Source: Podarcis gaigeae (Eukaryota). Taken from it: a stretch of 64,000 nt of DNA. Positions 38,769 to 59,940 of the stretch are shown piece by piece. Position 1 is the stretch's first letter. Each line of letters starts with the position of its first letter. The position numbers and the translations under genes were made by a program. The stretch lies in NCBI GenBank assembly GCA_964106915.2, contig OZ066926.1; one strand, given 5' to 3'. Under the pieces are notes generated by a model. It worked only from the letters and a program-made list of their open reading frames with translations. It was not told the DNA's origin and made no database searches.

Positions 38769-39559
38769 GGTTCCCCCCTTGAGGTACAGAGAATGTGTCG
38801 TGTTGTGTCCTGTGGATACTGCAGACACGCAAGGAGGTGGGGGGGGGGACACTCTTCACCCTTCCCCAGCCAGTTGCATTGCAGCTGCTCTCAACTGAGC
38901 CCTTGTTCTTCTACAGATGCCACTTGGAAAAGCAAGAACGAGGCTCCCCTCTTCTTTTCCGTAAAAAAAGGGGTTTTGTATTTCGTGGCCAAAACAAAAA
39001 ATCCTTGGCCTTTACACCTTACAGTTGTCAGCAACCTTTCCTTGATTTACATTTAGAGAGCCCACTCAACACAAGAGGATCCTCTTTGCTCTGGGAAAGT
39101 CAAAGCAACTCTCCTTTCATTCAAGTTTAATTCCCTCTCAAGTGACAGGGATGGCAACTTCTGTTTTTTTCTGGTTGTTTTTGGTCTTTGTCTTAAAGGC
39201 AAGACCATTAAATTAAAAAGAATTAAATACTTTCAACATAGAACTCTAAGAAGCGGAAGGTGATCCAATAACCTTTTCTTCCTTTACATAAAATCAGCCC
39301 CTGCCAGCGCACAGAGATCTCTCTAACATGGAGCCTCCTGTTTGGGTGAGGAAGGAAATCTGTCAAAACACCCTCGCCTTGGACAAGGGTTTTACATCCC
39401 TCCAACTGTGACACAGTGTGCCTTTAAATATATATATATATTTGTTTGTAAAACCCAATTTTAAAACAAACCCCAGCGCATGGCAACTTTCTTGCAGGTT
39501 GAAGGAAGCCTTTGCTTTAAGTGCCTATCTGTGTGGGTTTTTTTTTTTTTTTTCGAAGA

Positions 39560-41110
39560 TGAACCGCGAAACTGTCACTTTCGACTTTCCCTCAGGGGAA
39601 TTGGGGGTTCGCCCCCGACGGAGCTGCCAGCCTGGGCAGCCTCCCCTTTAAGACTGCGGAGGTGGCTCCTGCCAACAATGGCAAGCGGCTTCCGCCCAGC
39701 GGGCAACTCACTTCCTCCGCTCGGCCGAGGGCTCCCCGCGAGGGAAGCAGCTCCGCGGGGCCATCTCTTCTTCCTCTTCTGCTTTCCCGGGAAGCGACAC
39801 CTTCCTCCTCCTCCTCCTCCTCCTCGCGAACCACCGTCCGTGAAGAAGAGGCCTCCCGGATTCCTCCCACAGGGTGTGACCTTGCCTTTAAGGGTCCGGA
39901 TCTCTGTGTCTCAATTTCCCCTTTAAGGGTGTTCGATTTTGAGTCCGCCACACATTTCCTGCCAAAGCATGGCCTCCCCTTTAAGAATGTGGATTTAAAG
40001 TTCTCCCTTGTCAGGCACCGACTCTCCCAACGACCGGAATGAAAAGCCCTCCAAGCATTTCTCTTTCCTCCTTGTCAGCTTGCGCTGCCCTTTAAGGATC
40101 CAGCGTTCAAGGTCCTCCGGAGAAACCCGAATTTCACCTTTAAGGGCCACCCCTCCCTCTCAGCCACAATGAGGGCCCGAGAAGAACTCCCCTTTAAGAG
40201 GGCCGAGCTGCCTTTAAATCCATTGACAGGCGCTGGCGGTTGGGGGGGGGGGGTTGTTGTCCTCCGGCTGAAAGTGCCCCCTCTTCTCGCGGCCCCCCCA
40301 AGCTGTCCCTTTAAGAGCGCCGGCCGTTGAGGGGGCTTTTCAACTCACCCCACCTTTTCGCCTCCGTCCAGGCTCGCGGCAAGCGGCCCCGCGAGCCCCT
40401 GGCGCTGATTGGCTGCGAGGCTGGTACCCTCCGCTATCGTCGCGGCCCCCCCACAGCTGATTGGCCGAAGCGGTGAGGTGAGTAAGGATGGGGGAGGGGT
40501 GGCTGGCTGGCTGGCAGGGTCAGGCTGCAGGGAGGGAGGCCGGCAGGCGGGCTGGCGTGGCGCTCCCGTCCCCCTCGCGCCTGGGTGGGGGGCCCTTTCG
40601 GCTGGCCGTCCTTTGCCCCCTCCCCGCTCCGTCTCCGCGGCTGCCCCCCGACTCTCCCTCTCCCTCTAGCAGCCTCTGCCGGATCCCCTTCGTCTCTGCG
40701 CACGGCACGCAACTCCTCCCACAGCGTCATATCCCTCCGCCCTCTGCGTTGATGGAACCATTTAAAAAATCCCTCCGCTGGAAAAAGAAAAGGAAATAGT
40801 CCCTTCGGTTAGCCTCTGTTTCCGCCCACCCGCCCCTTGGAGACTGTTCGAGGTGGAGGGTGTTCCCTTAAACCAACACCCCCGCCTTCAGAGTCACTTC
40901 CGTCCTCCGCAGGGTGACGTCATGGTTTCACGGAGACAAACGTGATGCAATGATGTCATACTTTCTTCGCAGCAACCTCGCACGGTAATGTTATAACGCC
41001 AGCGCGTGATGTCATAGGGCTCGGCGCCACACGCCTCTGCTGTAGCAGACCCTTGAGGACGAAGGAGAACTTGATGACAACACAACACTACCATGTGATG
41101 CCATCCTCCC
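39560..41110. promoter_or_regulatory. FBRS CpG-island promoter / 5' leader
   Basis: CpG-rich. Two CTGATTGGC (CCAAT) boxes near 40405 and 40457, GC boxes near 40822, ETS-type CACTTCCG at 40895-40902, CRE TGACGTCA at 40915-40922, and a CCTTTAAG array at 39645-40315. Confidence 0.8.
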
Positions 41111-42389
41111 GTAAGGGAACTGTTACTTTCCAAGCTCCCGCATAAAGTAGTACTTTTGAACCCTTCATTCAGTAGAGGATTGTCTGCGTTGTCTGGCAGA
41201 ACTGCTCTGGGATTTTTTACAGGGGTATCTCTCAGCCTTGATACTATTCCACTAGCAATAGCCCTGCACTGAATTTCAAAAAGCATTTGTTAGAAAAAAT
41301 TATTATCCACTTTGGTCTGATGAAAGTAGCTGAAACTATGATGAATCAGATATGATCAATCCTTCTGCATTGTCCCCCCCCCCCCCGAATTCAACGTATT
41401 TATTTATAATAGTTAAGACTTTGATCAAGGAATACATTCTACATTAGTACTTTGACAGAAGTTTATTTTGCACTGTGACTGTAAAGAATTAGAAATGGGG
41501 GGGCATTATCAACAACCTAATTTAGAGTTTAATTAAAAACTGGAGCTTGCTCAGAGGAAGACCTCCAGTACAGTGAGGGGGAAGGAAATCAAGTCCAATT
41601 AGAAAAATAGGTAGGTATGCAGAGGAGGGTTAGTTTAAGAAGAAATAGTGCAGCAACTTTTGAATTGCTATTACATAGCGCAAATTCATTTCCTGTCATT
41701 CAGGGTAGATCCAAACTAACAGCTTCAAATTACAAGAAAGGACATTTCAATTAAACATTATAAAGAACTTACTGATGATATGAACTGTTTTAACCACAGT
41801 GGATGGAGCAGTCACAGATTTTGTCTATCAGCTGACTAAATGTGTTTTGAGGTCCCTTCTATTATTCTAGATGCATACTTGTGTTTAGATAACCTAAGTC
41901 TTTGTGGTCCTTTTGCTTTATACCTTGAAGACAAAGTCACTGGACTCTGGAAGGACTTCGTTGTTGCAGTCTGTTGAGATGCCCAATGCCATGCATGTCT
42001 AAACTGGTGTTGTAGGATCAATTTCAGCTGATGTGGCCTGACGATGTGGGCAGGGTGCTTGCAGCAATGAGTCTAACTACCGTATGTGCTCTCTTGCTCC
42101 TTGCCCTCATTAGCTAATAAAAACTAGCAGAAAATATGTGAGTGGGTGGGTTCAGAATGTAGTTAATGCATGTCTGTTTAAGAGGGTGGTCTCCAGTGTT
42201 CTCAACAAGGCAAGGGCACCCTGGACCCTCTGATGCAGAGTAACTACCAACCAGTTGTGTATTATTAGTAAGGTGCCTAGAGAAGGTTGCAGCATAACAA
42301 CTGCAGGCATTCCTCTCCCCAACACTAGAACTTGTGGATATCCAAAGAAGCTGAATATTAAAACTTTATTCTCAGACCCTGCAGTCACT

Positions 42390-42725
42390 GAAGCCCTTAT
42401 TTGTATGTCTTCTGCACAAGAGGTCCAGAGGGTGGCAACACAAGAATGGGCCTTTTTTACAGTGGTTCCCCATTTGTGGAATGCTCTCCTCGGGGAGGCT
42501 TGCTTGGCACCTTCATTACATATCTTCAGGCAACAGGAAAAAACTTTCCTCTATAACCAGGCCTTTGGCCTTTTAACTATTTGTGGCCTTTTAGAAGTGG
42601 ATGGGGTGTTTTTAATGTATTCTCTTTTCCTCTTGGTTTTAATGTATGTATGTAGGGTCTTCTGTCTGTTTGGTTGTAAGTTGCTTTGAGTTGCCCTGGG
42701 CAAGATAAAGCAATTAACAAAGTCA
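42390..42725 (+). mobile_element. L2-like LINE 3' fragment
   Basis: Translates AFFTVVPHLWNAL...FRQQEKTFLYNQAF (L2 ORF2 end), followed by a TGTAAGTTGCTTTGAG 3'UTR. Confidence 0.7.
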
Positions 42726-42849
42726 CCAAACAATGATGATGATAGACAAATGGAAATACTTCTTCACACAGCACATAAACTATGGAATTCGCTCCCATAA
42801 GAGGAATTCAGTTTCCCATTATGAGACTGAATCAGCCTTGGTGGCCCCA

Positions 42850-43800
42850 ATGGAGGACTTCTACTGAGAGCAAGGCACAGGGAGTATAACCATTCTCCTT
42901 CTTCTGAAGCTCTTGGTGGTTTTTATATCATGGACCATGGCATTCTCCTGGACCAACTCTTGTGAGCTGGGTATTGGAGGCACTGCACTGCAGTGGTTCT
43001 GATCCTATCTGCAGGTTTAGGTCCAGAGAGTAGCAGTTGAAAAGATACTTATTGGTGCCACGGTGGTTTTACATTATGGTGCACCACAAGGCACCACTTT
43101 ATCACCAATGTCTTTTTACCATACGTGTAAAGTTGCTAGGAATTTTGGGACAGGATGTCATCAGTATGCCAACATTCTGCTCTGCTTCTTTTATACATAC
43201 ATCTGATTCAGGTTAGGCTGTACACACCCTGGACCAGTGGGCTGAATGAATCGCAGTAAGACCAAGGACTGTGGTTGAGTGGTTCCCAAGTCCAGGAGGC
43301 ACATTGTCTGTTCCAGACTCTCTCTTGGGTGGTTTGCATCTTGAAGGTGCTCCTGGATCCGTGTAGTCTCAATGGCCAGGAACTCCATCTATAAGCCTTT
43401 GTCTGAGAGGACAATTCCTGGATTGGGATAGCTTGGCCACTGTGTGTCAGATGTTTGTAAGCTCAACATTATACAATACAGTGATGCATCCTAGATAAGG
43501 CTTTGATTGGGTTTGGTCCAGCAGTTGGGACTACTACGGGTACCACGTTCTCCTTGCCTTGTTTCTTCTACAAGAGGGCATTTAATGTGTCTGCACCTAG
43601 GTTCTGTAACTCCCTATTACCATGAAGCAAACACCACAAGTACTTTGTTTCAGATGCCCACTTAAGCCTCTTCTGCTTGCTTTTCCAAAGCGTTGTTCAA
43701 TAATCTATTGCGTATCACCATCCAGATGTTGGCATAAGTTTTGTGTGCTCTTTTATGGGTATGTTCACAGCCCAGGTCCTTTGTATACTGTGCAATATTA
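42850..43800 (+). mobile_element. Decayed L2-like reverse-transcriptase remnant
   Basis: Degenerate GAPQGTTLSP (GVPQGS-like) near 43078 and CHQYA (YADD-like) near 43156; frameshifted. Confidence 0.55.
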
Positions 43801-44917
43801 AAACCTGTAAATTAATAAAAGCAGGCAGGACTGAGACGAAGAGAAGTCTGAGATACACAGTGGAGCAAGGTTAGTGAAAAATGCAACCATCCCCACCCAG
43901 CAAAGCACCTGAGGGCAAGGCCTGCCAGATGACCCTGTAGCAAAGGTAATAAAAAAATACTGAACAGAAGCAAAAGTACAGAATGAACGTAGCCAAACCT
44001 AAGCCTTGAAGAAAGAGTTTGTTTCACCCATAGCAGTATGGAGGGAAGGTGTACCATGTTTATTTAACAAGTTTTATATAGCATCAAAACCTCTAAGCAG
44101 TTTACATAACTATAGACGGGGACCTTTCTCCTGATGCACATGTGGAGCAGAAGAACTTTTGTCAGGGCTTCAGAGTCTTGCAAACTTTGACCAGAGCCTA
44201 CTGTACTGGGATAAAAGCTGATCAATAAGTCCTAAGTAGTCAACTAACAAGAAAAGGCATTTTCCAGTAGACAAACGGACCAAAGAAAGGCCTGCGAGAG
44301 TGAATAGTATGGAAATGTCTCCACTCCCATGCAAAACCTGTTAATTTGATAAAATGAGATGTTACTGTTGCAATACTAACCATGAGAAATCAATCAGACA
44401 CACTGTCCTTTCCTGTAACGAATGACGGAGTGAATTTCACCATTGTCAACTCTAGACTATGGTAGTTTTGAAGGTGAACGTACCACCTCAAAACAGATTT
44501 TAAACTGGGCACAGCTACTGAATTTGCACAAAATGCACCCAACTTCACAAATCCACATATTTTGTTAATTGTTGTAGCCTCTTATACATGTACAATTGTA
44601 GTACAACCGGGTGCAGTTCACTCAACTTCTTTCTTGCCATTTGATCCCGCATCACAGCAATTTTGCTTTTTGCCATAGACAATGCACCTACCACCATTCC
44701 TGGTAGGAGGCAACATTGGCTGGGGAAATTAATTTATTGTGGCAATGATATATGATCTGCCGCTTGCTATGGATTTTCATTTTCTGGTCGCTATGCCCTT
44801 GTTCCAAGGCAAATTTATCTATTGCAGTCTCCCTTAAAGCTGCATTCAGGGTCCCACCAAGGCCAGTTAAGGAGCAACTGGCAATATGTGGTTTTTTCCT
44901 CCCCCCAAGATACAAAG

Positions 44918-44923
44918 TTTATT
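44918..44923 (-). terminator. Probable PRR14 polyadenylation signal AATAAA
   Basis: AATAAA on the minus strand ~880 nt after the PRR14 stop, following a U-rich stretch. Confidence 0.55.
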
Positions 44924-45805
44924 AGAAATATAGATTAATAAAAAATGAAAACCAAAAACACATAATTCCTAACAAAACAGTTGATCCAAGCTAGGAACAA
45001 CCAGAGGCCTTGATCCAGAGATGCAAAGGCATTCTCTCAGGATTCCCAGCCGCCCATCCACTCTCTGTGCTTAAACAGGTGGACACGTCCCCATTGCCCA
45101 GCCTATTGCTACATCGTCTCTTCCTCCACATCATCCCATGCCATAACAAAAACCTGCTCCTGCTGATTCTTTCACACAGTCCCTTTTTTCTTTCTCCTTC
45201 CCATCCAACAGGCACATCGGTTCTGCATTCCTATTTGGTTTGATGGCGGTGGCCGCTCCAGAAAAGGCAACTAGGCCCTCACTTGGCTAGGCCCATCCCT
45301 CGCTGGCCTAAGTCTCTCACAGAAGGCACAACAGCACTGGGCACTAGGTGCTCCTCCCATGCGCGGCACTGGTGGTCTGACTGGGCGCAGGAGGAAGAGT
45401 GCAGAGGGCAGGCAACTCTGGGGCACCACAAACATTCTTCCCCTTCCACTTGCGAGCCAAAGAGCCAAGCAAATGGGGACTCGTGCGGTGCCAGAGCAGG
45501 CAGCATGTTGGCTGGGCCAGGTGGCACAGATAGGCACCCAGGCACTATTTTCAAAGCAGCAGAGCTTGTGGCTCGGAGACTGATCAAGGGAGGAGGAGGA
45601 GGCAACAGGCACAGAAGGCTGGTTTGATGTGGAACTGGAGAATAAACAGCACCACAGGAGAAACTTGGAGTGGTATTGGTGACTTTGGTAGAGTTTTTTT
45701 AAAAAAAACAACAACAACACCAGCAACCTCTTTTGCTAGTTAAACAGAGGAAGTGGTCTTGGGCTCCTCGGGGTGCTGCCCTTCCCTCTAGCCTCTGCTC
45801 AGATC

Positions 45806-53914
<8,109 letters not shown>

Positions 53915-54859
53915 GGCCTGTCTCAGAAGGGAGACACCCCACCCCTTCCTGGCATCAGGAAGGTGGCCGCCCCAGAACAGCCCACAGGGTCTTCATTCCT
54001 CACTTCTCTGCTTCAGAAAAGGAAAAAAACAGAATTAAAATGACTGCATTCCCATGGTCCCCAGGTATAGTTCTGCCTTTTAAAGCCATATGCTACTTTA
54101 ATCCGGATTAACCTGGAATGTGTAACACCACACCCAGATTGTCAAAACCTTCTGCACGGATGACAAATCACAATTCTCTTTACTAGCTGGAGAAAACTTC
54201 ACATTTACTACTAAACTAAGCAAAGGATGGTTAAGAGGGCACTCCTGTTCTTGTCTACTCAGAAGTAGACCTCTCTCCCCTGGGTTCAATAGGACTTCCT
54301 CCCAGCTAAGCGTGTGTAAGCATTGAACCCTATGTGGGTCAGGGGAGTACACAGCTGACTAAAAACCTCTTAGCAATGCCACCCCCTCCTTTCTGAAGGA
54401 CCAGCAGGCTCAAACATGCATCCCTCCAATGGTACTGAACAAGACACAGAGGCCAGCATGAGAGCTTATTAGGTTTCCCCTCAGAGAAGGTAATTATAAA
54501 TCATTAGGAGCCATGCAAATAGCACCTTAGCAACAACTAAAAAAACGCCCTTCCTTCACAGAGATTCTCCAGGGCTCCAAGACTAGAAGCTCAGGTAGGA
54601 AGAGAAAACTTCTCAGTGGGAGACAATGTGTTGCTTCTGCAGATCCCTCCACCCAGGGAAATGGGCAAAACCAAGAAGCACTTGCCAAATGGGGGACAGC
54701 AAATTAAAGGTGGGGGCTAGAAACAGAAGCACCACAAAGGTATGTACTACAGCAAGCAAGGCAGAAGGAAATCCAAGCTAGAAAACACACTCCACGGCTT
54801 TTAAAAGGGCTCAACAGGAAGGGGGAACCTGTTGCCCTGCACTGGTGCTGGTCTACAGT

Positions 54860-54990
54860 ACATAGACTTGTAACTGGAAGGGACCACAGGCATCATCTAG
54901 TCTAACCTCCTGTGATGGAGGAATCTTTTTGCCCAACGTGGGGCTCAAACCCACAACCCTGAGATTAAGAGTCTCCTACTCTACCAACTG
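54860..54990 (-). mobile_element. tRNA(Lys)-headed SINE with CR1-type tail (second copy)
   Basis: Colinear with 1700-1834. Confidence 0.75.
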
Positions 54991-56879
54991 TCCTTGCTGG
55001 CAAGAGCTAATGGCAGTTGGGAGTCCAACATCATGTTCAGGGACATGGGTTGCCCAACTCTGCAACACAGATATACACTAAAGGCAGACCAACGTTTTAG
55101 TGGATTTACATTTCCGCACATGACAGGAGCCTTGCTCAGACATTTGTCTTGTCTGTGACCTTCCTCACATTTGACATCTCATTAGGGATTATTCTCAAAT
55201 GTTACCCCTGGCAAGAAGAGGTCCAGCAAGACTGTGGGAGGAAGGGTAGGAAATGCCGAGTAATGCCGGGTGATAAAACTCAAGCCAACAAAAGCGTCCC
55301 AAGTCATGACAAAATGAAACAAATAAGAGGCAAGCAGCCAAGTGAGCAGAGGGTAGGTGATTTTGCTGGGGCTACTGCCAGTGGCAATATTAGGCTGTTT
55401 CAGACCATATTTTCTCAGTAGAGTCCTGGACTAACCAGCCTGGAACACCTGCTCCCTTCAGCAAAGACACTGTGATCTCTGCCATCCAAATAGTTTCCTC
55501 CCAGGAGTCGGTATTTTAATATTTATTAGGTATTAGCAGCATTTATGGGGGTTTTAAAAATCCACTTATCCAATTTCCTGTTTTGCAGCTTAATTATTCC
55601 CTGGGTCTCCTTAACTATGGAAGAAGATTGGTGGGGGTGATGGCACTGCCAAAGATGGCAGGCAAAGATGGGAGTTCTGTCCCTTGGACATAGAGGTACA
55701 GTGTAATCAACAATCCTCCTCAAAACTTGATCAGCCAAGATAACAAGGAATGCAAAAGTGCCATGGCTCTGAACAAGAAAGAAAGCTACTTCACTATCAG
55801 AGAATGAGGGTAAAGGATACCTTAACTGAAAAAGAAACTATAGGTCCCAGCTTGGTTCCAAAAGCCTTAAAACTATCCAGAGAAGGACAAGACCTCCTGA
55901 CTGAAATTAATCAAAGCATAGCTAAAATGCATGAGGATTTGCTTCAAAATGGGATGCAAAAATAAAACCATTAGCGGCTAGCATTGTTGATCTGACAGCC
56001 TAAATGGCAGATACCTGCAAGTGAGGCCATGAATATGGGCATTGAACATCAAAGCAGCCTGGACTGACTTCAAAGAGAACTGAACATTTCCCCTGAAAAG
56101 GGGTTTTATTGGGGTTTCAGACAAGTAGAAAGGTTAAAAGTCAATAGTCTTCAGAAGGGTTTTGGGTTTGATGGGGAAAATTTACTAAGCATACATGGAA
56201 CTGTAAAAACTGAGGGAGGAATGCTGAAATACTACTGTAACTTATAATTTTTCAAACAATTTTTATCATAGCAGATGGTAATTAAAATTATATTACATGC
56301 AATTTGTATGCCCAAAACAACTAGCAAAAATGGATATACCAAAAGAATAGTTTTATTTGAGCTTCTGTATATCCTGTTTGGTTTATTATTATCGATTATT
56401 TGTTTGCATTATAAAACATATATTTGTATTGTGTATTATTTGAATTATGAAATAATACGAGCATGGGGCATCCAAAAAGTATAAAACAATGCATCTACAT
56501 AAGAATATGAATCATTGCCAAAATATAATATTGACTGTCCTTGACTCTTCCTGCCACACTTGTCATCCCCTTATGCCACACCCTTTGATAACCACACACA
56601 CAAACGCATATTAAAAACCTATGGAAGTGGAGACATCATCCCATCTGCTCCTGCCTCTCACCATCCCTGGCGATGGACCCTTGGTGCATACAAAAGGTGA
56701 GCATGTGCGGCATGTGGAAAAAGGGAAACCATAACCCAGGGTTGCACCTGACCCAATGATCCCTCCCAGAACTGGATTTCAGTGGCAATTCTAGGATGCT
56801 GGAGGAAAGGGGTCTGCCGTTTATTCAGGATCCCTTTCTCTCCCCCCCGCCAAGTCCTGCTTCGCAGCCTAGGCTCACC

Positions 56880-58230
56880 CCACACACAGATAAGGACGGG
56901 CACCGTCAGGCCCCTCTTTCTCTTGGGGGTCGCCTCCTAACTATCCCCAGCGCTTCAAGATCCGTCCCCTTTAGCTCTCCCGCCGATTCCTCCCTCACTG
57001 ACCTAAAAGGACCGGCTCCAGAGGAGGAGGCGGTGTGGGGAGGAAGAGCCTGCCTCCGATTACCTGTCGGCTCCTCATCCACCCCCACCCCCCGCGCCCG
57101 GTGCTCTGCCCTAGGCAGGATCAGCACCGCTCCCTGGCGGGAGGAAAGGCAAGGCGAGTAGAGGCGGAGGCTGCTCCTCTTTCCTCCGAGGGAGAGCGGC
57201 AGCACCAGGCAGAGGAGGCGCCGGGTGGACAGTCCCTCCGCGCACCCCTGACAGCCGGGTGAGGTGTGGGGCTGGACGGTGCCCACCTCCGACTCCTCAG
57301 CCGCTTCCTCCAGATCCTTCCGCCCTTCTCCTCCCCACCCCACAAAAAACATCCAACTTCATGGAGTCCCCCCGCCCCAAATATCTGCCCCCCACATGGT
57401 GGCCTTTTGCTTCTTCCACCCCCTCTCGATCCTCCCCACAAGTTGCCCCCTCCCCGCCTCCTCCTTCGCCCCGCAATCCGCCAGGCGCGCCCGACCCGAC
57501 CGGCCACCCCACCCGGGAGCGGCGCCCCCCTGGCCCGCCCCATCCAGGTCTCACCTCCGCCGCCTCCCTCCCTTCCTCGGGCTTCTCGCCTGCCTCAGGC
57601 AAACAAACTGATAAGCACCCGCATCTCAATGTGAAAAAAATAAAATAAATAAAACTACTCCGCACGCTCGACCCCGCCTTTACCGCCTCCTCTCTCCAAC
57701 TCACCAGCTCGCCCTCTTCCTCCTCCCCTCGCCCTTCTCCAAGCAGCCGCTGGACAGTGCCCGAGCCGTCTCCACATGCAGCCCACCCAATGGCCATGCG
57801 TCTTGTTAATGGTTCCAACCAATAGGCGCGCGGTTTCTTTACCGGCGTCTGGTAGCTACAGCGCCGCCATCGCTGTTCAGGGCAACAACAAAAAAAGTTG
57901 GTCGTAGACTTTTTTAGTTTGTGTTGCAAAAGGAAGCGGTGCGACCGCCTTCTTCGCTAAAAGGCGTCTGCGCCGTTGAAGTCAGCAGGCCCGCCATCTC
58001 AAGAAAGGGCAGGGAATGAGAAGAAAATAGGAAGGAAAACGTACAGGGCGGTAGACATTTTGGGTGAGGGCAGAGTCTGGTTGGCGCCGTTTAAGACGCC
58101 GCCATTTGAGGGGAAGACCAGAAATTCAGGCTTTAAAGAAGCCGTGTTTCCATTTTCCAGTTGGATGCGATGGAATAAAGAATAGTAGTTTCCTTGGTTT
58201 AGGGAGGTCGTTTCGTCATACACGCGGTTT
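56880..58230. promoter_or_regulatory. PRR14 CpG-island promoter with non-coding first exon (donor at 57555)
   Basis: CpG-rich; minus-strand donor GGCGGAG|GTGAGA at 57555; CCAAT at 57787 and 57819; YY1-like CCGCCAT sites near 57864, 57991 and 58100. Confidence 0.75.
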
Positions 58231-58994
58231 TTGAGGGAGATTAATCTGTATTAAGTTAGAATTATAGAATTATAGAGCTGGAAGGGACCCCCAAGGGTCA
58301 TCCAGTCCAACCCCCTGCAATGCAGGAATAAGTTCATTGTAAGGCAGTGCAAAACAGCACACACACATAAAGACTAGTTTAGTATGTTATTATTATTTAT
58401 TAAATTTCTATGCCACCCTTCATCCGAGGATCACATGGTGGTTTACAACATAAAAACACAAAAATACATAACATAGTAACAAACAAAATAATACTGCCTC
58501 CAACACACACAGTTTAAAGGGCTATATATTGTTTAATTAGCCAAAGGCCTAGGAGAAGAGGAATATCCGCCTGGAGGAAAAACATTTGTGTTCATATTTT
58601 TTAAAAAATGTTGAGGTATGAAGTGCTCACCATCTTGCCAGTTCATTCCCTCCACACTCCTAGGCATGTCTGCTCAGAAGCAGGCTTCTGCGTCAAAGGA
58701 GGCCTCCAAGACAGAATGATCTTAGCCAAGGAATCAGACCGACCAGGATCTATGCATATTCCCCCTCATCTCTCTCTGAAAGTAGTAGTGATGAGTAAAG
58801 GTGCACTCCTTACCCCCATTTACCAGATGGAATTCACCTAGACCTATTTTTGAGTAGACATGGTAGGGATTGCCAGCTTAGCTTGGGTTAGAAAACTCAG
58901 GGGGAGGAAACTGATTTTCTAGATCCATTTCAACCTGGGTTTCAGCCAGGTTTCGGCACAGACAGAAACTGCTTCCAACAGAAGCAGTTTCCAG

Positions 58995-59450
58995 GCCCCA
59001 TTCAAAGTACTGGTTTTGACCTATAAAGCCTTAAATGGCTCCTGACCACAATACCTCAAGGACTGGCTCTCCCCATATGAACCACCCAACAGCACCCTGC
59101 AATCACCCTCCAAGGCCCTTCTGTGTGTGCCTCCTCCAGAAGAAGGTAGTAATATGAGAATGGGCCCTTTCTACAGTGGCTCTGTGTTTGTGGAGTGCCC
59201 TCCCCAAGGTGGTTCGAATGGCACCTTCATTATATACACCTTTAGGTGCCAGGCGAAGCAACCAGGCCTTGCACTGATTAATATCCTATACCCTTTTAAA
59301 TGTGTTTTGGGGGGGGAGTTATTAGTTTGTGGTCTTCTTGTCGTTTTTGTAAAACATTTTGTGCTTCATCTTCCATTTTTATGTTTTGAACCACCCTGAG
59401 ATTAAAGGATGAAGGGCGGTATACAAATTTCATAACTAAATAAGAATAAT
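58995..59450 (+). mobile_element. L2-like LINE 3' fragment
   Basis: TTCAAAGTACTGGTTTTGACCTATAAAGCCTTAAATGGC (FKVLVLTYKALNG, L2 ORF2), then a GAAGGGCGGTATACAAAT tail. Confidence 0.8.
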
Positions 59451-59793
59451 GATACCCCTTAGCAAATCTCTGCCCTACACTTGCCCTTTTCTTGGTCGAA
59501 GCCTTGCCCGAATGAAGGTACCATTCATTTTCCCCCATGTGACCCCTTCCCAGACGTTGTTGGACTGCAATTCCCATCATCCCTTGCCATTGGCTACGAT
59601 GGCTGAAGCTGATGGGAGTTGGAGTCTATCAGCATCTGGCGCGCACCGCGTTGGCCATACCGCTTTACCGGTTCTAAATGATAGCTGCCTCCGCCCTCCT
59701 TCATCTCTAGGATTCGCCCGTCCTCTGCTCTCAGGATCAATGGGTTTTATTTCTACCCAGACCTTTTCTTTTAAATGTCACCCGCTTGGGGAA

Positions 59794-59812
59794 ACTACGC
59801 CTCCCAGGATGC
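59794..59812 (+). promoter_or_regulatory. ZNF143 (SBS)-type promoter element in the zinc-finger gene CpG island
   Basis: ACTACGCCTCCCAGGATGC matches the ACTACNNNTCCCAGNATGC consensus, ~130 bp upstream of the ATG. Confidence 0.7.
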
Positions 59813-59940
59813 CGCTCAGAGCCAGCCCTCTTCCTCACCGCGCCTTGCGCTGCGTCGGCTGAGTAGGAAAGTGAGCGGCAAGCGCGGCGGTCGTCCAGGC
59901 TGCCCCTCGCGCCGCCCTCGGCCCGCTTGCTGCCCCTGCT

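Noticed and set aside
55750-56120. Possible L1 ORF1-like coiled-coil remnant
   Set aside because: Too short and degenerate to support without an alignment.
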